From Endomicrobiales bacterium (GTDB taxonomy: Bacteria; Elusimicrobiota; Endomicrobiia; Endomicrobiales; CAWCFT01), in contig CAWCFT010000006.1 of the NCBI GenBank assembly GCA_963794945.1, positions 117,714-181,713 of the forward strand: a stretch of DNA of 64,000 bases, written 5' to 3'. The position numbers were made by a program, and so were the translations under genes. Position 1 is the stretch's first letter. Each line of letters opens with the position of its first letter. The notes under the pieces were generated by a model. It worked only from the letters and a program-made list of their open reading frames with translations. It was not told the origin of the DNA and did no database searches. This document shows positions 61,639-64,000 of the stretch, piece after piece.

Positions 61639-61668
61639 GTATGATCAATTATTAACTCTTTTGCCTCA

Positions 61669-62421
61669 TCACTCCTGCGCTGCTTCATTTAGGTATCTTA
61701 ACGCGTTCAATGCTCTCGGGTAACCCACATACGGAATAAGCTGGGTAACGGCGCTAAGCAATGTTTTTTTGTCGTTTCCTACGTTCAAATTTCCTTGTAT
61801 GTGCGCTTTTAACTGCGGCTCGCACCCGCCCAAAGACAGGAGCATGGCAAACGTCAGGAGTTCCCTTGTTTTTATGTCTAACCCTTTCCTAGTGTAATAA
61901 TCGCCAAAACAGTTCGCGGACAAATATTTCTGGATATGAACTTGGTCTGCCGGCGATTCCTTGTACATTTTATCGATCGATTCCCCGAATATTGATCTTT
62001 GTATCTCCAGGCCTTTTTCGAGACGTGTTTCCGGAGAAGTGGTCGACTGGCCTTCCAACGGCAGCTTTATTCCCCTGTTTTCCAATACTTCATTTGCGGC
62101 ATGGATAAAATCGAATACTTTCGTCATACCGACGTACGGCACAGCCTGGTATACGATCTCTTTTACTTCGACCGGAGTTACGCCAGCGTTAAGCGCGCCC
62201 ACAACCATCATTCTATATTCGCCTAAACCCTGGCATGCTATTATAGACCCCAATACAACTATTAACCTTGTTCTGGCGTCCAGGTTACCGTAGCTTATAA
62301 CTTCATCAAATGTGAAATTCTTAAACACCTCTATGAGTTCAGGGTCAGTATCCTTTAATGTTGGCCTGTGGTTCGGGAATAGTTTCTCGTGGTTTTTCTC
62401 CGCCTTTTTGCTTATGCTCAT
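61669..62421 (-). CDS. Carboxymuconolactone decarboxylase (CMD) family protein, two-domain
   Basis: TDPE...F.F.EV, QAVPYVG, NCFGDYYTR.GLD.KTREL and PYVGYPRALNAL. Confidence 0.9.
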   Translation of the reverse strand: MSISKKAEKNHEKLFPNHRPTLKDTDPELIEVFKNFTFDEVISYGNLDARTRLIVVLGSIIACQGLGEYRMMVVGALNAGVTPVEVKEIVYQAVPYVGMTKVFDFIHAANEVLENRGIKLPLEGQSTTSPETRLEKGLEIQRSIFGESIDKMYKESPADQVHIQKYLSANCFGDYYTRKGLDIKTRELLTFAMLLSLGGCEPQLKAHIQGNLNVGNDKKTLLSAVTQLIPYVGYPRALNALRYLNEAAQE

Positions 62422-62490
62422 AATTAAGCGCTCCTGCCAAAAGTTTTACTAACTATTTCGCTTCCACGGCCGCTCAGGAAGCTTTTTTCA

Positions 62491-62995
62491 TCAGTGTGCC
62501 TCATTCTTTTCAGCGGCTTTCAGCTTATCGATAAGTTCCACCGTCTTTTTCTGGTTAAGGTGGCCGTATATCTTGTCGTTGACCATAACAACCGGGGCGA
62601 GCCCGCAGGCTCCGAGGCACCTCGCTTCGGCCAGCGTAAACAGCATGTCCTTGGAGGTCTCTCCGATGTTGATCTTGAGCTCCTCTTTAAGCGTATCAAG
62701 GATATCTCCGGCGCCCTTAACATAACAGGCGGTTCCCATGCAGAACCAACACGACATATTTACCCTGAGGCTTAAGATTGAAGTGGTGGTAAAATGTAGC
62801 AACTCCCCAGATATGTGCCGTGGGTATCTTCATCTCGGCCGCGATAGTGTCCATCACTTCGCGGTCAAGGTAGCCCCACAGCTGCTGCGCCCTGTGCAGT
62901 ATTGCCAGAAGATAAGACTCGGGCCTTGGCTTATTTTTGCATTCAGATATAAAGTGTTTAAGTTCGTGTATCTTAGTTGTTTCCTGAACAGGCAT
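62491..62995 (-). CDS. NuoE-like [2Fe-2S] subunit of a multimeric [FeFe]-hydrogenase (HndA/HydC-like); frameshift at ~62745
   Basis: LAILHRAQQLWGYL and GVATFYHHF in one frame; CMGTACYVKG and RCLGACGLAP in the next. Confidence 0.88.
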
Positions 62996-63026
62996 TGTTG
63001 TTTACCTCCAATGGATTTTCCCGCTG

Positions 63027-64000
63027 TTATTTCGCCGCCATATTATTGGGGATTATCCCCTTGGGTTCTTTCCGTTTGTAATGCGTGTGCAGCAGCTTAT
63101 GCGCCTTTTCGCTTAAAGGCTTTCCAAGGAACTCCTTATAGAGCCTTTGGATGTGCGGGTTCTCGTGGCTTCGCCTGATGGTCTTGTTGCGGTCGATGTT
63201 GTACAGCGCCTGCGCGCGTTTTTTCAGAACACTCCGAGTCGAGCGGCACGGAGTTGATCCCTGCGTAAGGCTGGCCGCCTCCGCCGATACAGCCGCCGGG
63301 CAGCCCATTATCTCTATAAAGTGGTAGCGGTCAGGCTCTCTTTTTACAGTCTCCAGCAGTTCCGCCGCGTTGCCAAGCCCGTGCGCCACGGCCACCCTTA
63401 TTTCTTTGCCGTCCATAACGATCTTGCCTTCTTTGATCCCTTTGAGGCCCCTGACATCGGCAACTTCTATATCTATAAGCGTCTCTCCTGTCTGAAGTTC
63501 GTAGGCTGTCCTTATGGCGGCTTCCATAACGCCGCCTGTGGCGCCGAATATCGCGCCCGCGCCGGAAGAAAGCCCCAGCGGCTGGTCGAAGGCTTCGCCT
63601 TCTATGTTGACAAAATCTATCCCGGCCGACTTTATCATCCAGGCGAGTTCCCTTGTTGTTAAAACAAGGTCGGTATCCGGTATGCCGTCAGTTGAAAGCT
63701 CGGGCCTTGCGGCCTCGTACTTTTTTGCGGTACAGCACATAAAAGCCACGCTTACAATGTCTTTCGGGTCTTTTTTCAGTTTTTCGGCGTAATAAGTTTT
63801 TATCATCGTGCTCATCATCGACATCGGCGACTTGCAGGTGGATACGTTCTCGATGAGGTCGGGATGGAACTGCTCCATGTTCTTCATCCACGCGCTGAGC
63901 AGGAAGTGATCATCGGAAGTTTTCCCTTGCCGCCGAGACGCGCCAAGAACTCGCTTGCTTCTTCCATGATGGTCAAATCTGCCGCGAACTGGGTGTCGAA
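63027..64000 (-). CDS. hydA: [FeFe]-hydrogenase group A catalytic subunit, 3' part (H-domain plus small-subunit tail), partial, with indels
   Basis: FDTQFAADLTIMEEA and LPMITSCS (P1); MCCTAKKYE (P2); GATGGVMEAA; EIMGCPGGCIGGGGQP (P3, restored by one base); SHENP...LLHTHY. Confidence 0.92.
   Translation of the reverse strand, partial: RHPVRGRFDHHGRSKRVLGASRRQGKTSDDHFLLSAWMKNMEQFHPDLIENVSTCKSPMSMMSTMIKTYYAEKLKKDPKDIVSVAFMCCTAKKYEAARPELSTDGIPDTDLVLTTRELAWMIKSAGIDFVNIEGEAFDQPLGLSSGAGAIFGATGGVMEAAIRTAYELQTGETLIDIEVADVRGLKGIKEGKIVMDGKEIRVAVAHGLGNAAELLETVKREPDRYHFIEIMGCPAAVSAEAASLTQGSTPCRSTRSVLKKRAQALYNIDRNKTIRRSHENPHIQRLYKEFLGKPLSEKAHKLLHTHYKRKEPKGIIPNNMAAK

Overview
Bacterial genomic window, probably from an anaerobe. 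Elusimicrobiota or Omnitrophota is inferred from the giant-protein architecture, not from a marker gene. About 53 kb (4900-58089) is occupied by what appear to be just two divergently transcribed giant genes. Giant A (minus strand, 33789->4900, ~9,600 codons) is split into 15 ORF-track pieces. Giant B (plus strand, ~34178->58089, ~7,970 codons) is split into 4. The breaks I reconstructed are short indels, several inside recognisable domains. The same kind of break occurs in the hydrogenase genes, so they most likely reflect sequencing or assembly error. Both giants share one design: signal peptide, a conserved IQDLHC...VEG...RNECF...GFHT N-terminal domain, a string of unrelated enzyme domains partly separated by recurring membrane-hairpin spacers ending in HxxYN, then a homologous C-terminal domain ending in an ...IFN...IxAA(G) tail. 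Giant A cargo: 2x PHP, cNMP-binding, nucleotidyltransferase, HAD, QueC-like, phospholipase D, metallophosphoesterase, PD-(D/E)XK, ATP-grasp, HEAT repeats, LOG. Giant B cargo: HhH, 2x RNase J-like beta-CASP, Zn deaminase, adenosine-deaminase-like, DHH, HD, SAM methyltransferase, ASCH, YunG-like, PD-(D/E)XK. Left flank: Ser/Thr kinase, AAA+ ATPase, nitroreductase, small secreted protein, a duplicated sigma70 promoter and REP-like elements. Right flank: secreted six-hairpin-like protein, flavodoxin, iron-sulfur flavoprotein, CMD-family protein, NuoE-like subunit and the 3' part of a [FeFe]-hydrogenase. No rRNA, tRNA, CRISPR array or transposase was seen. All domain calls come from motifs read by eye.
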